DNA from: Saccostrea cucullata | Lineage: Eukaryota | Assembly: GCF_032062105.1 (NCBI RefSeq) | Contig: NW_026926945.1 | Location: forward strand, 186,001 to 250,000 | Direction of reading: 5' to 3' | Length of the DNA stretch: 64,000 bases | Shown here: positions 1 through 14,244 of the stretch, in pieces | Layout of the letters: each line of letters starts with the position of its first letter | Numbering within the stretch: position 1 is the first letter of the stretch | Program-made: the position numbers and the translations under genes | Notes under the pieces: generated by a model | Database searches by the model: none | What the model was told of the DNA's origin: nothing | Seen by the model: the letters and a program-made list of their open reading frames with translations, nothing else

Positions 1-1030
1 TTCTTCTAACCTCGTCATTGGTCATTTGCGAAATTATTTTCTTTTACATTCTGATTGAACACACATGTACTCTGAAGTTGCCATCAAAAAGAGGCTTGAG
101 TTGAGGACAGCAGAGGTAACTATGATTAATGAGTGGAGGATCTAGGATTCTGATCGCCACCTCTAAAATTAATAAATGACAATATCTATATGTTTTTTTA
201 TAGACCAGGAATTCCAACAATTTATAGGAATTCCCGTGGGTACTGATTGCACCCTCATATTAGCATTCCTTTTATGTATTCATATGAAGCAGAATTTGTA
301 CAAAAATTCTTATGCATGAAAAAAAGAACACTTGCTGTGGCCTTTAACTCAATATTTAGATATATCGACGACGTTGTCAATTAACAATGGTATGATAATT
401 TCCATTCTTTTGTCGATACGATATATCACGGTGAGCTTGGAATAAAACATACAACAGAGTCTCATTCATCTGTTTCAAATTTAGATTTTTTACTTGAAAA
501 GACGTAGTATAATAGTAATCTGTCAACCAAGCTCTTTGATAAACGTGATGACTTTAACACTACAATCGTCAGCTCCCCTTACTTATGTTTATGCAGCGAT
601 ATACCTCCATCAACTGTATACGGATTTTATATATCTCAGTTGATTCGAAACACAAGAACATTTTCTAAAACGTGGTAAATCATTAACAAACAAGATGATG
701 AAACAAGAATATCAGCAGTCATCAGTTATGTGGTCGTATCAATGACCTTGTCGGCAAATACAATTGATCATTGAGTCAAATGCTGAATGACGTTTTTCAT
801 ACTAATTGTTAAGCCATTATTTATACACTGAACTGACGACGGATTTTTCCCTTATTTCCAGACCATAACAATGAGCACACGGCCGTTGTGACCGGTCGAC
901 AGGGGATGCTTACTTCTCCATGGCACATGATCCCACGTCTAATATTTATGAGGTCCGTGTTTGCGCTGCTCCTATATTATATAATTTTATGGATTTTTGA
1001 TCTTGAATACTGTTCGTTATCTCAGTATGT
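1..1030 (+). mobile_element. Decayed Penelope-like (Naiad-type) retroelement, RT C-terminal part and 3' UTR
   Basis: Broken frames give GIPVGTDC, YIDD, KLFDKRDDFN and YISVDSK/SQLIR-like motifs. The family 3' motif GAGCACACGG...CCGTGTTTGC follows at ~873-970. Confidence 0.8.
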
Positions 1031-1419
1031 TTAATAAAGAATGATGAATGCTGCCTTAACTGCCCTTAAATATCTCAATATTTCTGCAATTTTATTAAGT
1101 ACGTTATAGTCTGTAATTATTGTCTGTTTAATCGTCTTACTCATTTACATGTGAATGCCATCTCTCCCATATTATTTTCCTAAAGACAAATAGAAAAACC
1201 GTCCATGTGACGACATTACATAAGCCGGTGAACACAGCAATGCATCACAAACTCCCATTCATACCATTACCTGTATTATGATTTACTAAACACTTTAACC
1301 ACATCATACTCCTCAAGAAAATGTAGTTGTTGTATATTTAAGTACATGTAGATCATTTTGAAGCTGTACTATTTTCATTATCAAGCGATTACTTCCCAAA
1401 ATGAAATGCAAAAGGTTAA

Positions 1420-1700
1420 GATAGCGAGAAGTAATAGCGAAAATCTATCAAGAATACAAACACACAAAGAGGGCATAAAAGACGGAAATTCCAGAGGCTG
1501 GAGCATGGATCAGGTGCTTTGGAGGAGTTAGCATCCTCTGATTGGTCACAACCGCTGTGAGTTCTATCTACTGATCCGGTTGATTGAAGTTTCAGGAGTT
1601 AAATTCACTATTAAAACATAGACTTTACAATTGATTTGAAACACGTAAAAAATACCAAATGTTAAACTGATTTTGACAATGTAATGTTCCTTCTAGTTGA
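1420..1700 (-). mobile_element. Naiad-type PLE 3' fragment
   Basis: Reverse complement of the family 3' motif (GGATCAGGTGC..GGAGGAGT.AGCATCC) at ~1490-1565. Boundaries are approximate. Confidence 0.6.
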
Positions 1701-2956
1701 TTTATACATAGGGTTCTGTGTCTTTTGTGAGCTGACCTCACCTATGGAATTTCTGTGAGTTTGTGCTTCTGCCCTTTTCACACAAATGTATTTTTCGTAG
1801 TCCTTTGAGATAGATCGTGCTCGTTAACTTTACCTTTTTATTCGAATGAAATTTTTTGTGGAAATAACATTTTAAATTCTGTTTTTGTACCAAGAAAATA
1901 ATAATGATAACATATAACAGAAGTTTGAAAATGTTTTGCATCTGCTGCTTCATTATCTAACTAGAATGATATATATGGAGATTACGAATAGTATTCAAGA
2001 TCAAAAGTCCAATAAATATCAGAGCGAAAACGGACCTCTGAAACATTTCAGAATGTGGGATCACCCGGATCAGGTGGAGAAAAAAAGTTAATTTGTGCAA
2101 CAAGCATTGTTACTTTTAGGTTAATACTTATTTTTTGTCGGATCCACCGTCTTCTCTAAATTAAGAATTGCTAATTTAAATAAGATTTCTGTATATTTTC
2201 TTTGGAGTCTTCTGATGGAATAGTGTACGAACACAAGGCTCTGTTATACTGCTGTTCTTGTGAACATGAATGAAATGTTAAAGTATTATTTAGTCTACAA
2301 AAGATTACGTTTTTTGCAAATAAAGCAGAGTTCTGTAGAGGAAGTAAGTGTTTTTTTCTTGTTCCTCTTTAAACATGGAAACTACTACTTAGGGTGACAT
2401 TTCTCTACCGGTATAACACAACTCCTTCATAGCTTAACGAAGCTGTGTTTACATCCTGAATAAATAAAAAAATCAATATCAAAGGCATTATATTCAGTAC
2501 AGACTTAGATGGGATTTTTCATTTTGTATGTATGGTTTTTACAACAACAAAGTTTCTGGAATAACATCAATTAAATATATTTTTTATAAATATCTTTTGG
2601 AAAAAAGAAAATGACTGTATAACACCAAATTACAGTTTTCAAATAGAACTTCTCTTAAGATTTAAGTTATATTTTATCAAGCGTTAACATTTTATGATAG
2701 TTTGTAAATATCGTTGGTAAGTTTTAAGAGCATAAACTGTCAAATAACTCTACGTACTGCTTTTTTTTTTTTCTACATGCTACAGATGTGTGGAGCCCGT
2801 TTTATTTATTATTATTGATATCATATTGTAATAGATTCAAGATTTTAAATTGAACAATGAACACACATATATTAATTAAAAATGATAAAAATTTAATCCG
2901 TATAAATTTGACCTACTTTCGGAAAAATGTAATATACTTGCACACACCTATCTTTA

Positions 2957-4038
2957 AAGAGGGCCATGGGCTACAACGCCCACCTGGGAAACCTTGGTAA
3001 AAAAACATTTTCTTTACTATCCCAGGAAGCCTCCACTTAATATAAAGGGTTTTTTTTAGCCAAAGAAGTGTTCCGAAGGACATTTTAAAAGATTTTCCAT
3101 ATATATTTCAATTTAAAACTTTGATTTTTCTGTTGCGGCTCACCCAAACTCCAGTAGTCATAATTTTAAAAATTTGGAATCTCCGCTATGTCAGAAAACG
3201 TACGTGAAATACGTCCACTGATACAAAGAACAGTATTCAAGATAAAAAATTCATTAAGTAACATAATAGAAAACACGAACCTCCAAAACATCAGAGGTTG
3301 GATCAGGTGCCATGATCGAGTGAGCATTCCTTGCCGACCGGTCACACCCACCGTGTGCTCCTTGTCGGGAAATAACGGAAAAATCTGTGTCACAGCAGTG
3401 TGAGAATAATTTCCTAATAATCAATATGAAGCAATTCACCGGCAATGGTATTTGTCATATCAGTGAAATATTCTGGAATTGTAAACAGTATACAATCAAT
3501 CAATCAATCGACCATAGAATGTGCGAAATGACAACTTTAAATGAGACTGCTAATATTTTTGATTCATCAATTTGTTTGTCAATAACTTACTCCGTTTTTT
3601 TGAAATCATTCAAACTTAGAACACGCCCTTTTGTATCGAATCAACTAAACTCCGTATGTTGATGACAAAGGCATATTGCTATATAAGTAAAGGAAATTAA
3701 AGATAGAAAAGTAAAAGTCATCAGGTACATACGCGTCAACTTTTCTGAACCAGAGATTCCTGGGAAGGTTTTTTTAATGACCCAACGCCTATTCTTATAT
3801 TTTCGTCATCATTTCCCATTATGAGAGGACTAGGCTATTTATCTAAAACCTTTGAACTACCTTACACCCAAGGATGCATTGCACCGACGTACGTAGATTA
3901 AATTTGGTAGTGTTTGAAAAGAAGTTGAAAATTTGAATACCGGGTAGCGTACAAACGAACGGACTGGCAAAAACACAGACAACAGACTACGGATTATCAG
4001 AAAAGGTCACTTTAGTTTTCAGGTCAGGTAAAATAAAA
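2957..4038 (-). mobile_element. Degenerate CvA/Cg_HINE-type non-autonomous Helentron element, interrupted by a PLE fragment
   Basis: Reverse complement of the 3' end CAGGTGxGCGxTGTxGCCCATGG at ~2962-2987. Satellite-like monomer pieces lie on both sides of 3200-3725. GACA/GACG-type microsatellite and 5' end are at ~3950-4038. Confidence 0.55.
3200..3725 (-). mobile_element. Naiad-type PLE 3' fragment
   Basis: Family 3' motif (rc) at 3271-3360 and RT C-terminal remnant. The ORF 3166..3393 (HTVGVTGRQGML...WHLI) is only a translation of the motif. Confidence 0.8.
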
Positions 4039-4394
4039 TCAAATATAACAAGAAAAGTGTAGTGCTATAAACTACAAAATAGTGTCAAATGCTTTTCAAC
4101 AAAATATTTGTATAGGGGGTAAAATAAAGAATAACCGAAGAATGAATCATCAAAACATAAATTTTCCTTGTCGACTGCATAACATCACAAAACGAGAGCT
4201 ACTGTTTTATTCTCGGTTGATAATCAACACATTAAGCGAAAATACCCAGCCCACTGAATTAAATTTAGAGATGGAAGAAATGTTGAAATGATTTAAAATG
4301 TTTACTGGTCGATTTGAAAGAAAAAACTTCTACAAATGCAATGAAATAAACAAACATGTATCGTTTTTTAAATTTCCTTTATTAATAGCATGAA

Positions 4395-5470
4395 ACATAT
4401 GGTGACAACAAGCAATACCCAAGATCAAAATTTCATAGAACAGTACAAAATAGAAGAAGAGCACACATGAACCTTCAAAACATCAAAGGTTGTATAAGGT
4501 GTCAAGGAGGAGTGAGAATCCCCTACCCCGGTGGTCACACCCGCCGTGTGCTCCTTGTCATGATCGGAAAATAACGGGAAACCCCGTCTTCAAGTCAGTG
4601 TATGAATAATGGACTAACAATAAGTATGCAAAACGAGACAGAATTTGACTCAAGGATAAATTGTACATGTATTTGCTGACAAGGTCATTATATCGACTAT
4701 TGAACTAACGAAATGACGACTTTAAACGAGACAGCTTATATTCTTGCTTTATCAATTTGTTTGTCAATAATTTACCTCGTTTTAGAAATTGTTCATTAGT
4801 AGAGCATGCTCTTGCATATCGAATCAACTGAGATATATAAACGCTGTTTGCTGCTGATGAATGTATATTGCTGCATTGGTAAAGGATGTTGACGATTGTA
4901 AAGTTATAGTCAGTTTGATTTTTTGGTTGTTAGATTACCATTACTGTTTTTTCGAGTAAAATAGCCAAACATGAAACAGATGTGCCAGACGCATCTCAAG
5001 CTCACCAGAATATATTGTATCGACATAAGAATGTAAATCACCATTGTTAACCGACAATAAGTCGTCGATATTTCTAAATGTCGAGTTGAAGGCCATAGCA
5101 AATGTTCACTTCTTTTCATGCATAAGACTCTGCTCTGATTCATATGAATACAAAAATAGGTCTGCTAAGAACGGTGTGCAATTAGTACTCATAGCTGAAA
5201 TTGTCAAATTGCTCAAAGTTGAAATTCCCATAGATTGTTTGAAGAACTGGTCTCCAAAAACCACATAGATATTGTCAATCAAAAACTCAAACATTTTTTT
5301 TGGACGTCAACTTCAGAGTACTTTGTGTACAATCAGAATGTTTTAATAAAATAATTTTGCAAATGATGAATGACAAGGTAGGTATGTTTACGAGTTTCAA
5401 TTTTTAAAGCAGCTGTCAATGATGTCAAAAAAGCCTGGACCTAAATTTATAGTGGGGAATGGTTGTAGGC
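4395..5470 (-). mobile_element. Naiad-type PLE RT fragment
   Basis: ORF 5106..5294 reads FLIDNIYVVFGDQFFKQSMGI...NCTPFLADLFLYSYE (RT motif B'). The 3' motif (rc) is at ~4459-4553. Confidence 0.85.
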
Positions 5471-7020
5471 TCTTGAGTATCAAATAAGTCGGGATATGTG
5501 AATACCATATGCAGGTCATAGCTGGATATTACTATACAATAGGACAAGTTGACGTTGGAAAAATTAAAATCATCTCATTTGTAATATATTTCAGATGTCA
5601 AAACATATGTTGACGTTGTGAAAAAGCCATTGTTAATGCAACTTAATATTCTATGCTACTGTTCTTTTAGCAATCAAAAGTTTACCATTTTCCTATGCAT
5701 ATGGCTAGAAAAGTTTTATTTTAAAAATATGTCATGATTTTTAGATCACATGAAAAGGTTCAAGTGAGGCTTTCTTAAAAAAAAGGTACCGGTGTTTGTC
5801 GTTCATAACTCTGTCGTTTTCATAATACTTCCAATTAAAGCTTGTCTAACTTAAGCAGATAAGAAACAATTAAAAGAATAAATTTACTTCCTACTGGCAT
5901 GTATACATAGAAAAAACAGCTATGTTTGGAAAACAATACAACCCAGAAAATGTTCCCCTTTTCCTAAATCGATCCCATTAAAGAGACTGACATTGTTATT
6001 TTTTCATTGCAATTAAAGTACATGTAGATTTCAAATATTGTACTCTTCAGTTGTCTAATTGTGTAATGGTCATCGTTTTCACCTCAACAACAATAATTTG
6101 TTAAGATATATTGACATTTAAGACTAGTGTCACTATCATGCGCAAACTTATTTGTATCATTTGATGATAAATTAGTTTTAGAACATAATTCTATAATAAT
6201 TCAATGACAACGTGTCCAGTACAGTGGTAGATTCTCTTATTTGACTAACTCGATCAATGTGTCTGTCGCCAAGCGAAAACGTCAACGTCAGAAAACAAAT
6301 ACAGGAAATGGGTGTACATGAAATTCCTCTGTGCAGAATGATAGATAACCCTTACGTTTTTCAATAGTTAAAATTGTTGTTTGTTGTTTGCGGCCCTTAG
6401 ATATTTTTATTTTTCTGATCCGGGAATGAAATGACTGTGTAATAGCAAAAAGATCACTGTTGATAGGGAATATCCAAATGTACGTTTTTATATACCTGAT
6501 AATTTTAGTAAAAGAATTATAGAAGTTACAAGACTTCCCATTTTGAGCCCTTTTTGGAAAAGTTTATGGAGAAATGAATTATAGTGTCTTTGATGAAATA
6601 GAGATGACACTTTATGCTCTGTCGAGAAATTTTTTAAACCTTTACATATAGTTTACAACGTGAAAACATTCGATTTGACACTGTCAGAATACTTTTCGAG
6701 CGACTTAAGCAGGATGAAAATTACAGTCAATGCAACATACTATGATTAATATCATTAAAACAATTTTTGTAAGTCTTAAATTTATATTAAATGAAACATC
6801 ATAGTTAGATATTTTTTTATGAATATTTCCCATTGTGACATGGCTAGGGGTGTTCTCAATGAAGGACAGACGATACAAAAAAAATTGTCATTTTGTGTAT
6901 GCAATAGCCATCATGGTTAATTCAATAAGCTAATTATCCAATCAGATCGAAGTACACCTATACTGAAATCTTTTCTTGGTCAGAGGAATCTCAATTAATC
7001 ACTTCTTCCCATATGAAAAA

Positions 7021-8164
7021 ATACTATTAAAATTCAATCGGAGTATTCAGTTGACTACTAGTTGACGGTCAACTGACCGTCAATTGACCATTAGTTGAAA
7101 TTTTGCCATGCAAATGAGGGAGCGATCAACTCATTTGCATAGAGTGGACCACTGTTGAATACTCCTCTATTTTCTTTGCAGTTAACCGCTAGTTGAATAC
7201 TCCTCTATTTCCTTTACAGTTGACCGCTAGTTGATTACTCCTCTATTTCCTTTGCAGTTGACCGCTAGTTGAATACTCCACTATTTCCTTTGCAGTTGAC
7301 CGCTAGTTGAATGCTCCGTTAGTCAGTGCACGTAGGTTGCATTCATTAAATATTTGAAAAAAATGGAGGGAGATTTGAAATCTAAGACAAGCAGTGTTCT
7401 TGAAAATATGAAAAGTCAAAACAATGGAGTTTATAAATTGACATAAATGTACTTGTAAATCTAAATGCATTATAAATGAATTGAGCTGGCTTACTCTCAT
7501 AAGTTGTTACATGCCTTCTTCACTTTTTGTGCAGAAAAGGTTATATATAGAATTAATAGAATTAGTCTAAAGCAATGGTATATTTTTACCAACACAACAA
7601 GAAACACAACAAAACACTTGATGCATGACAAGTTTTCAGAATTTTTAAATTCAATATTTAAAAAAGTACACAAAAATAGGGACCTATACTGACTACAGTT
7701 TCTTGTATTCCTATTATCTGTTTAAAAATTAAACAAGCTTAGTAAAACAAATCTTTACATTTTATATATTTACAATAGTACATATTTCACACACTGAATC
7801 CTCACGAAGAGAATCATGTTTCAAATCAAAATTCCCACCTTCTACAGAAAACACACGTGTACTGATTCAAATATTACTTTTTGTAATTATGGTATAACAA
7901 ACCCAATCTATGATAATGTAATTTTGAACCCAACATAAATGTAGCGAGGGAAAAAATTTTCAACAAGTCGGAGTGTTCAACTAGTGGTCAACTCTTGCTT
8001 TCATGAAAATGACAAAGTATTCGCATTCAACTAATGGTCAACTGGCCGTTTCATGCAAATCAGTTGATCGTTTTTCAGAAAAGCATTCAACTCTGAGTGG
8101 TCAACTGTTTTTGCATTATCAGTTGACGACTTTTGCATTTTACAACTCACATATAATATTCTAG
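7021..8164 (+). mobile_element. Probable non-autonomous Helitron
   Basis: Starts with ATACTATTAAAA and ends with CTAG|T at 8161-8165. Contains an internal tandem repeat and many GTTGAC/GTCAAC subterminal repeats in opposite orientation at the two ends. Confidence 0.5.
7154..7315. repeat. 38-bp tandem repeat, ~4 copies
   Basis: Unit GTTGAATACTCCTCTATTTCCTTTGCAGTTGACCGCTA. Confidence 0.9.
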
Positions 8165-9759
8165 TAAAACGTGTTTTCGAATTGTAATTTTTTCATTCAA
8201 CCTGTGTTTCAAATTGTCATTTTTGTATTCATGTTACATGTATGTCTATTGTTGGGCGGTTTATCAACCCCACCTTTGCAAATTTATTGTCATTTGTTCA
8301 GTCTTTTTGATAAATCAATGTTTGAAATTAATGTCATCATCTGATTAAATATATTTATGGTAAATTGAATAAATGACATTTCTCACAAAGATAAGTTGTT
8401 CCATCTTTCATTGCAAATGAACTCAGACTCACTGGAGAACAAAACTAGCGGTTGTTTCATGTTGACAAATTAAAGGTATATTATGGAATCAAAATATGAA
8501 ATGAAACTTAAAGTTATTTAGTTATGGAAAAAATTTGGGTGACAAAAAAACTTTTGTCATAAAAATTGAAAATAACATTTTGAGCCATGTGTCAATTAAT
8601 AAAATGAACAGGTTTCCCGGTGTAGTTTTTCATTTTTCATTCAAAGTTTCAAAGCAATGGCAGTTAAAGTGAAAAATATTTGAATGTATTAATAAGAATG
8701 GTTACAGAAAAGGTAGACGTTTGAACATTATAGAAGGTTTACAATTTCTTAATATTTTTAACTCTATTTATAATTTGCCTCATTTGCAACAAAAATATAC
8801 CCAGATATACATGTACGAGGCATCCATTTCTGTTTGTATCATCTGTCCTAAAATCTAAAATTCCCGGTGAATAAAACAACCATGATTCAGAACACATTTC
8901 GGTAGGTGATTCATAGCAGTGAGGAAAATAATCACTAGAAAATTATAAATAAATTCAAGAATTTTCCGTTGAAGAAAAGAGAGAATTATTTGAAGTACCT
9001 GCATAGTATCAAAATAAAATAAATTCATCAGAAAAAATAGACAGGAGGGGAAAATTCCAATCGTGAACTGAACATTTCGATATGTCATCTGTCTTCGTGT
9101 TCATGTATTCTTTTACTATCATCTCCCTCTCTCTCTCTTTTCCCCTCTCTTTCTCAAAATCAATTTCTTTGATAGTTTTTTTTCTTGTAGTACTGTGTAC
9201 CTATTTTTGGCTTTGAATTGGTTTTATAATCTGCAGTATCTAATCTACTTTTATCCATTTATTTCCATTGTTGTCATGAAAAAAACAACAAATTGTAAAA
9301 ATGTATCCCCACACTGGGGTATAGAGATAACACGAGACTGGATGAGTTAATAAAAATTACGATGAATGATTATGTCATAAAAATGATCGTTTAAATTCAA
9401 ATAAATGTGCCTTAGGAAATTTATAGAATGTTTGATCACACGTTCCAGTTTAAAGTAGTGATTTATAGCTTTATAATTCTATTTTGTTTGTGAAAAAATT
9501 CCACGTTTTCTATTTGTGTCTTTTTAAATTCAATGTTTTGTATTCCTATTTCAGCTTTTCAAATACATGTATATAGATTTTAAGGACAGCATACTTATTC
9601 GGATAAATTGACTTTTTATAAGTTTACTGTAGAAGAGATAAAAAAAAATATTCTGACTGTACTCACTAGTTCTTTTAAGTTAGAATTAAAAAGCTTGTAT
9701 TTCAATTACATAAAAATATATTTGTATACTGGGTTTATATTTGATAATTTTTCTATCAT

Positions 9760-10240
9760 CAGATTCCCTTGCTGATGCATCACTATACCTTCATCACTGG
9801 CATATGGAGTTTATACATGTATCTCGGTTGCTTTGATAGACAAGAACATGTTCTACGCATGAACAATTTCTGAGGCGAGCTAAATTATTGACAAACAAAT
9901 TGATGAAACAAAAATATCCCCAGCCTCGTTAAAAGTCATCATTTCATAACCTTTACAGTCGATAAAATAGCATTATCAGCAAATACAATCAATCATTGAG
10001 ACAAATGTTGACTGACGTTTTTCATACTATTTGTTAGTCCGATATTTATAGGCTGAATTGACGACGGAATTTTTCCGTTATATCCCAATCACGACAAGGA
10101 GCACACAGCGGGTGTTACCGGTCAGCAGGTGTTATTCCTCCATGGCACCTGATCCTACTTCAGATAGTTTGGAGGTCCTCATTTGCTCTGCTCCTATATT
10201 ATGTTGTTTTATGGACTTTTGGTCTTGAATACTGTTTGTT
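9760..10240 (+). mobile_element. Naiad-type PLE 3' fragment
   Basis: RT C-terminal remnant (PSSLAYGVY..., MLTDVFHT) followed by the 3' motif at ~10099-10193. Confidence 0.75.
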
Positions 10241-10799
10241 ACCTTTAATTGTTCCATAAGTCAATTATGGTAATAAAAAATGCCGTAGTTTATGCATACA
10301 TAGATCATTGGAAAGTCATCACAGATCACTTTCAGTTTGAATTCATACTCATTAGTATCTGTATATACTGTTAAAGGTGAAGATAACAACCTTAATTTAA
10401 TTTTATAAAGTTTGAAGACAAAGAATATTCTGAAATATACTAAACGGGGCAAAAACAGGACACCTAAAAACACTAAATATTTTTCCGCCATGTCGGACTT
10501 AATAAAGAATTACAGAGGTTCCAGTCGGCTTATATAGAGGACGTGTTCCAAAGTATTTACAGATTTACAGATTAGGTAAAAAAAAGTTATTGCATTTTTA
10601 TAAGTACTACCTACCAAAAAAAAAAGCGAGATCCTTTTTGACACTTTTCAAATTTGATACATTTATGACAATTGCAAAATTTTTCTCATTTCCGTGCAGG
10701 CTGTGATGACCAGTCAATGCTTAGGCATTGTTCATTGAAAGCTGATCGTTATCTCCAAATTTTTATTGTAAACATTGTTTAAACGGGAATATGTAATGA

Positions 10800-11330
10800 A
10801 TGCAGACCAGTTGATATAATTGGTAAATTAACTTTTCAATCGTCAATCTTCCTTACTTATTCAGCAATATAACTTCATCCCCTACGTGTAAAAGCTTAAT
10901 ATCATTCAGTTGATTCGATACACGAGAGGATGAATAATTTCTACAACCAGGCAAATTATTGACAAACAAGTTGATGATATACGTACATGATTATTAGCAG
11001 TCTCCTTTAAAGTAACTGTTATAGTTTCGTACGTTCTATGGCCGAAACAATGACCTTGTCACCAAATACAATTTATGATAAAGAGAAATGCCGACTAACA
11101 CTTATTAAGTATTAGTTACTGAGAGGCAATTATATATACACTGAAGTTTTTTCTTTAAATTCAGAACATGACATAGAGCACACGGGTGTGACCGGTCGCA
11201 ATCGGCAGGGGATGCTCACTCCTCCATGAGACCTGATCCCACCTTTAACGTTTTAGAGGTCTGTGTTTGCTTTGCTCCGATTTTGTAATGTTTTATGGAC
11301 TTTCGAGCTCGAATACTATTCGTTGTGTCC
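10800..11330 (+). mobile_element. Naiad-type PLE 3' fragment
   Basis: NFSIVNLPYL, QLIRY and KLLTNKLM remnants, then the 3' motif at ~11178-11278. Confidence 0.75.
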
Positions 11331-11451
11331 AATGTTTCATCAGGGAATCTCGTTTGTGATAATACAAAATGCAAAGAAAACAGGCTCGCAACCACTACAT
11401 ACTGGAATGGCCAGTGACCAAGTCGTTAGCAAAGTTAGATTCCTATATATG

Positions 11452-12290
11452 ACTGATTGATTGTGTATAATTTAACGTCCCTTTCGAAAATTTTTCACTC
11501 ATATTGAGACGTCACCGTATGCCGGTGAGGGCCTTTAAATTTAGACCTATACTGGACACTTAGGACCATTGAGCAGTAAGGATTATTTATTGTGCCACCG
11601 CCTACCGTGACATGGGACCTACGTTTTTAATGTCATATCGGAAAAGACCCGTAACTTTCACTTCTAATGCCGAGTGCTTGGCAAAGAAACAGTCACTACC
11701 TACAGTGGCGTGCCAAAAGTGAAGATAATTTTAGTTTTTCTCTATATATTTCATTAAAAACAACATTTTGTAAAATCATAGGTAAATGGTCAATTTTTGT
11801 TCAATTTAATTATTTATTTCAGTACTTAAACCAGAAAATGTGTAGTTATCCTTCTTCAAAAGATCATTACACGTTTAATATATAGTAAAATATAGTTCAT
11901 CACTAAACATCAGTTCTAAAATTCAAGATCAATGTTGACTATATAATTCATTGTGAGAATATGACTTAAAAAATTATGTCACACTTAAATTACAATATTT
12001 TTAAATTATCAATGCTTCTCAGACAAAAACTATTGTTTTTTTAACTACAACAATTTCTTAGATTATCAAGAAATTTTTGGTAAAATCTGTCAAGAAATGT
12101 TGTCATACCAGCGATTTTACAAAATATTGTTTTCAATGAAATATATAAAGAAAAAATAAAATTATCTTCACTTTTGGCACACAACTGTATGTTTACGTCT
12201 TAGATTTGACGCGCCGCCTCGAACAAGATTCGAAACTGGGCCTCACTATTACGAAGCTAACGCTATAACACTAGGCTACCTTGACCGGTA
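11452..12290 (-). mobile_element. tRNA-derived SINE, interrupted by a MITE
   Basis: On the minus strand: A-box-like TAGCCTAGTG, B-box GTTTCGAATC, 3' end GGGACGTTAAA and an (AATC)n tail. The same 3' end recurs at ~18.5, 39.8 and 51.4 kb. Confidence 0.7.
11703..12187. mobile_element. Tc1/mariner-type MITE with TA duplication
   Basis: TA|CAGTGGCGTGCCAAAAGTGAAGATAATTTT ... AAAATTATCTTCACTTTTGGCACACAACTG|TA; ~30-bp TIRs. Confidence 0.85.
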
Positions 12291-12678
12291 TATTCCTATC
12301 TAAAGACAGCAAAAGATATTGATAATGATGTAGACTACTCCCCCAGTGTGTAATAAATGGACGAATAAAATCGTGCATATTATATGTTGTAATGTTTTTA
12401 TGCCCAACTTCAATTCTTCTTGTTTAAACCTGTCAATCCCAAGAAAAATTGCTACAGAAATCTTAAGAATTCTTTGAGACCTTTGAAATAAACTTCCATA
12501 ATTGAATATCTATCAAGGTCAAGAGCATAATATGTAATTCGAGCATCGTAAATTATGGCATCGTAAATTAAGTCATGCTGTAAAAAGTAGAATGTAACAA
12601 TTATAGGCATTGCCCTAATATATATCGTATATATATATATAACTCCCTATTGCTCTGCGTAGTCTTTCACTGTACAAG

Positions 12679-13603
12679 ATGACTTCGTCTAAGACCACCT
12701 TTAGATTCTTAAGCATCACTTTAATTGCATTTGAAGGTATGTTCAACATACTTTTTCCATTACGTCATTTAAACTCCTTTCTGAAACCCACAAAAAAGAG
12801 TTAATTTAGCAGTGATAATATGGAATAATTTAGTCAGTGTTTTCTTTGAGTATTTCCCTTAATTAGCAAAAAAAATCGCAAAAATAATAACATGCAATGC
12901 ATTATTTTCTCTTCATAGTTTTTTCTATATATGTTTTTTTTATCCTTTGTGTTTATCTTTTTATTTAAAATATATGTTTTTTCTTGCTATATTAGGATGT
13001 GTTCTTCTACAACCAATCGCTGCATTTGTTACAACAGAATCTTCCACAAATACCGAAAGCTCAGTTTCTAGCACTACAGCTGTCACAACAACATTCAGAG
13101 AATCGTCAACAGCAACAACGTCAACAACAACAACAACAACAACAACGCCAATAACAACAACAACAACGTCAACAACAACAACAACACCTTCTACAACACA
13201 ACCCACATCAACGCTGTTTGAAACTACAGGAATGACAACATCGTCTTGGACAATACCATGGACAACAACGCTTATAACTACACATTCGACGATAACATCT
13301 ACCCCTGGATCATCAACTACAACATCTTCGCCTACTGCGTCAACAACCACGACATCCGGGCATACACCATCGACAACCACCACCACCACCACAACAACAA
13401 CAACACATGGACCTTATCCAACAACAGATGAATCAGAAACATCAGCCGCATCATCACAAGGGACTATGGAAACTACCACGCCCTCTATTTCTTCGGAAAC
13501 CCAGAAATCGGCTGCTTCTTCGACGATCGCAAGTGAAATAACATTTTACTACGCGACTGCAGTTTTTGGCCAGAATTTGATTAGAAGATTGTTTGTTTTT
13601 TGA
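12679..13603 (+). CDS. Thr/Ser-rich mucin-like secreted or GPI-type glycoprotein, 2 exons, 221 aa
   Basis: Exon 1 12679-12736 (MTSSKTTFRFLSITLIAFE, GAAG|gtatgt). Exon 2 12996-13603 (attag|GA), phase 1, in frame with ORF 12947..13603. Signal-peptide-like N terminus, poly-Thr body and hydrophobic C terminus. AT-rich TATA-like tract at ~12618-12642. Confidence 0.8.
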
Positions 13604-13729
13604 AGGCTTAAGGTATTCCACCATCACAATTCAGTTGTTCAAAGAAGAGAAAAAACTTCTTTTTTTTTGCTGAATGTTGTTTTAAGTAACTAACAATTGG
13701 ATGTAATGTATCTTTTATGATAATTATTT

Positions 13730-13910
13730 TAGTTAGTCTTCCGTTATTTCCCAATTATGACAAGGAGCGCACGATGACTGGTCAATAAGGGGATGCTTAC
13801 TCCTCTATGTGGCATCTGATCTGACTTTTGATGTTTAAGGGATTCGTGTACTCTGCTCCTTATTTGTATTGCCTGTATGGTCTTTTGAAATTGGATCCTG
13901 TTTGTTATTT
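13730..13910 (+). mobile_element. Naiad-type PLE 3' end remnant
   Basis: Degenerate family 3' motif at ~13765-13858. Confidence 0.55.
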
Positions 13911-14244
13911 CATTATCATAGATGAACAACAAATCATATAAACGTAAATATATCCGAAACATTTTCTAATTCTAAGTCTGTAAAACCTATGTAAAAGAAG
14001 TGGTTCAGATGCTAAATTTCAATATTCAAAGTCAAAATTCATTGCTTTTAATGAATTTCAACTGTAAATAATTTGATTTTAGTTGTAACAAGGCATTTGA
14101 TTGGACAAAATATTTAATCCATTTTGTATAACATAACTTGCATACGTCATAATGAGTTAACGTCAAAAACGTATTAAAATTTGTCAAATTTAAAGCCTTT
14201 TTCCGGAGGAAAAATTGTCTCATTGTCTACATTAAATTAAATTA

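Noticed and set aside
2120-2830. Possible exons (GAA|gtaagt at ~2343, ctacag| at ~2785)
   Set aside because: Splice-like signals are present but I could not build a coherent open frame.
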